From positions 1-51,935 of the forward strand of contig JBLIRO010000035.1 of the NCBI GenBank assembly GCA_049472335.1: a DNA stretch of 51,935 nt, in the 5' to 3' direction. This stretch comes from a bacterium (GTDB lineage Bacteria; SZUA-182; DTGQ01; JAFGSM01). A program made the translations under genes and the position numbers. Below are positions 49,560 through 51,935 of the stretch, piece by piece. Below the pieces are notes generated by a model that had not been told where the DNA came from, ran no database searches, and saw nothing but the letters and a program-made list of their open reading frames with translations. Each line of letters starts with the position of its first letter. Positions within the stretch are counted from its first letter, which is position 1.

Positions 49560-51731
49560 ATGGCTGAAATCAATCGTTTTGCTTTTTCCATCAGCAAGCT
49601 TGGGTTAAAGGCCCTGGAGCGCTTTTCCAAGGCGTCTGTTCACATCCATAACTACGAAGAGATTCCGGATGGCGTTATTGTCTTTGTAGTGAATCATTTT
49701 ACTCGTTTGGAGACCTTTATTCTTCCTTACGAGCTGAACAAGCTTATGGGAAAGCCTGTGATGTCGCTCGCACATTACAGCTTATTTACAGGGGCCCTTG
49801 GCGCCTATTTGGAAAAGGTGGGTGCGCTCTCCACAAAAGATCCCGATCGTGACAGGATCATAATTCGTTCCCTTCTCGTGAATGATTCTCCCTGGCTGTT
49901 TTTCCCTGAAGGGGCGATGATCAAGGATAAAAAGGTGCTTGATAAGGACAAATTCAGTATATATTGCTCAACAGGCACAAGGAGGCCCCCGCATACTGGG
50001 GCGGCCGTTCTGGCCTTGCGGGCTGAGTTATATCGCAGGCGGTTATACTATCTCCTGGAAAATGATCCCGATTTGCTCCAGAGGCAATTGGAGGTTTTTG
50101 ATATAAATTCAATGGAAGAGTTGACAAATCTGGAGATATTCCTGATGCCCATAAATGTAACTTACTATCCGATCCGCTCCAGGGAAAATGCCATCGAAAG
50201 ATTCGCCTCCTCCATTGTAAAAGGGATTCCCGATCGGGTACAGGAAGAATTGCAGACCGAGGGTACTATGCTTCTGTCCGGAGTCGATATAGATATATGT
50301 CTTGGCAAACCCGTTGCCATAAAACATCTTCTGAAACAAAGGCATTTCTATAATGACATTATCGCCCCTAAACCCATTTTACCTGATGATATTTTGCCTT
50401 CCCGGCCTCTTATGTGCCATATTGCAAGGCAGGTGATTATGGAGGCCATGGATACCATCTATAGAATGACCACTGTCAATCACGACCATCTGACCGCGTA
50501 CTTTATTAAATATTATCCCGGAAATCGCTTTACCCTTTTTGACCTGGCCCAGCGATTATATCTCGCCTCCATATCAGTCATTAAGCTGAATTCTATTCGA
50601 TTTCATGAATCTATTCATCGTGACCAGAATCCTCAACTATGTCACGAATACCTGCAAAAACTCGAAGACTTTCTCTCAGTTGCGGAGAAAAGCGGCGTTG
50701 TAAAAAAAGAGGGGAATATCATCTGCAAGAACAGGCAAAAGGTTTCAACCCTGTTTAATTTTCACACCATCAGAAATGAAAATACCTACCAGGTTATTCT
50801 CAATGAGATTGAATACCTCCGTTTCCTTACCAGAAAAGTTAGGCTAATTGCCTGGTATCCAAAAAGATTTGTCAACTGGTCTATGAGACGTAGGTTCTGT
50901 AAGATTGAGAAGGTAAAATTTATAAACGACTATCATACATATTATAGTGAAAACGAGTCCAAGCCCATGAATATAGGGGCTCCCTTCTTCCTTAAACATT
51001 TCAGGACAAAGGCGGGGATACTTCTTGTGCATGGCTATCTGGCCGCTCCGGAGGAGGTCAGGCCGCTCGCCGAGAACCTGCACCAAAAGGGATATACTGT
51101 CTATGCACCCAGACTGTCCGGACATGGGACCAGCCCGGAAGATCTTGCTCATAGAAGCTGGAGGGATTGGATGGAATCCCTGGAGCATGGCTGTATGGTA
51201 CTGGCAAATAGCTGCCGGAAGGTTGTTCTGGGTGGATTTAGCACCGGAGCAACCCTGGCTCTGCATCTTTGTGCCATCAACAATCTTTACAACATAAACG
51301 CTGTGTTTGCTATTAACCCCGCATTCCGTTTAAGAAAAAAGTCGGCCAAATTTGCGCCTGCCCTGGTCCTCTGGAACAAACTGGCAGACAAGCTGGTCAA
51401 TGACGAAGGACGTCATCACTTTGTGCCAAGCGAGCCGGAAAACCCCCTCATTAATTACTCACGCAATCCAATCAGCGGGGTTAAAGAGCTGATGGATCTA
51501 ATAGATACAACAACAAAGCTGCTCAGAGAGATTACCGTGCCGGCTTTGATCATCCAGTCCTCTGATGATCCGATTGTTCATCCCAAAGGGAGCGATCTAC
51601 TCTACCAGGGACTTGGCTCCGAAGATAAGGAATTGATAGTTTATCCTTCTGACCGGCATGGAATCATCCGTGGTGAAGACTCCGAAAGTGTCTTTGCCAG
51701 AGTAGCAAAATTTCTTGAAACCAGGGTCTAA
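49560..51731 (+). CDS. Glycerolipid acyltransferase fused to an alpha/beta hydrolase
   Basis: NHFTRLE (HX4E variant) and FPEG; C-terminal HG, GHGT, GFSTG, DPIV, RHG catalytic triad motifs. Confidence 0.85.
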   Translation: MAEINRFAFSISKLGLKALERFSKASVHIHNYEEIPDGVIVFVVNHFTRLETFILPYELNKLMGKPVMSLAHYSLFTGALGAYLEKVGALSTKDPDRDRIIIRSLLVNDSPWLFFPEGAMIKDKKVLDKDKFSIYCSTGTRRPPHTGAAVLALRAELYRRRLYYLLENDPDLLQRQLEVFDINSMEELTNLEIFLMPINVTYYPIRSRENAIERFASSIVKGIPDRVQEELQTEGTMLLSGVDIDICLGKPVAIKHLLKQRHFYNDIIAPKPILPDDILPSRPLMCHIARQVIMEAMDTIYRMTTVNHDHLTAYFIKYYPGNRFTLFDLAQRLYLASISVIKLNSIRFHESIHRDQNPQLCHEYLQKLEDFLSVAEKSGVVKKEGNIICKNRQKVSTLFNFHTIRNENTYQVILNEIEYLRFLTRKVRLIAWYPKRFVNWSMRRRFCKIEKVKFINDYHTYYSENESKPMNIGAPFFLKHFRTKAGILLVHGYLAAPEEVRPLAENLHQKGYTVYAPRLSGHGTSPEDLAHRSWRDWMESLEHGCMVLANSCRKVVLGGFSTGATLALHLCAINNLYNINAVFAINPAFRLRKKSAKFAPALVLWNKLADKLVNDEGRHHFVPSEPENPLINYSRNPISGVKELMDLIDTTTKLLREITVPALIIQSSDDPIVHPKGSDLLYQGLGSEDKELIVYPSDRHGIIRGEDSESVFARVAKFLETRV

Positions 51732-51742
51732 ATCATAAAGGG

Positions 51743-51935
51743 TTCTCAAGATCCAACAGGGATTTCTGGAAGCTTCGGGTACCTACTCAAAAACGTGTGG
51801 TTTTCGTGGAGGTAATGCAAATAGCAAATTGCAAAATGAAAAATGAAAATTTAAGGAATACATTATCTTGCATTTTAAAATTTGCATTTTGCATTTTGCA
51901 TTTTTCTCAAGATGCCACCGCAATTTTGAAAAGCT
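51743..51935. repeat. Structured dispersed repeat, copy 2 (inverted relative to copy 1, with an extra hairpin module)
   Basis: Matches the reverse complement of 22853-23005; module TTCTCAAGAT...AAGCT occurs at both 51743-51774 and 51904-51935. Confidence 0.88.

Noticed and set aside
1..51935. Genome-wide TAG reassignment
   Set aside because: TAG ends several genes at their expected C-termini (for example at 900, 33173 and 49520).
1..51935. tRNA/rRNA genes, integrase or transposase
   Set aside because: None was recognised by eye; tRNAscan, Infernal and ISEScan would be needed to exclude them.

Overview
A 51.9 kb stretch from an anaerobic diderm bacterium (it carries an outer-membrane beta-barrel gene and a Deltaproteobacteria-like gene content). 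In order, it holds: a PAS histidine kinase/response regulator pair; a frameshifted toxin-antitoxin pair bracketed by a 134-bp diverged direct repeat; two large secreted proteins (one with thrombospondin type-3 repeats, one a Zn-metalloprotease with Asp-box repeats); an amber-interrupted TolB-like gene; and a GT-C glycosyltransferase. Next is a 12-kb HdrA-rich electron-bifurcation-type cluster (hdrA, hdrL-like, mvhD, frhB/fdhB-like, tandem hdrC with Cys-to-His ligand swaps, double hdrA; no hdrB). It is followed by a defence-island-like block: a BamHI-family endonuclease remnant, an intact M.BamHI-like methyltransferase, an AT-rich two-gene unit (nucleoside-deoxyribosyltransferase-like protein plus alpha/alpha-toroid-AAA+ ATPase) and a STAND-like ATPase. 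The rest is a pseudogene-rich segment bracketed by two inverted copies of a 97-bp MITE-like element, a SNF2/YqhG-like pair and beta-oxidation genes. A second structured dispersed repeat occurs twice. The best candidate for an undescribed system is the NDT-like plus toroid-AAA+ pair at 26523-29672. Family assignments are from motif recognition only; no database searches were run.
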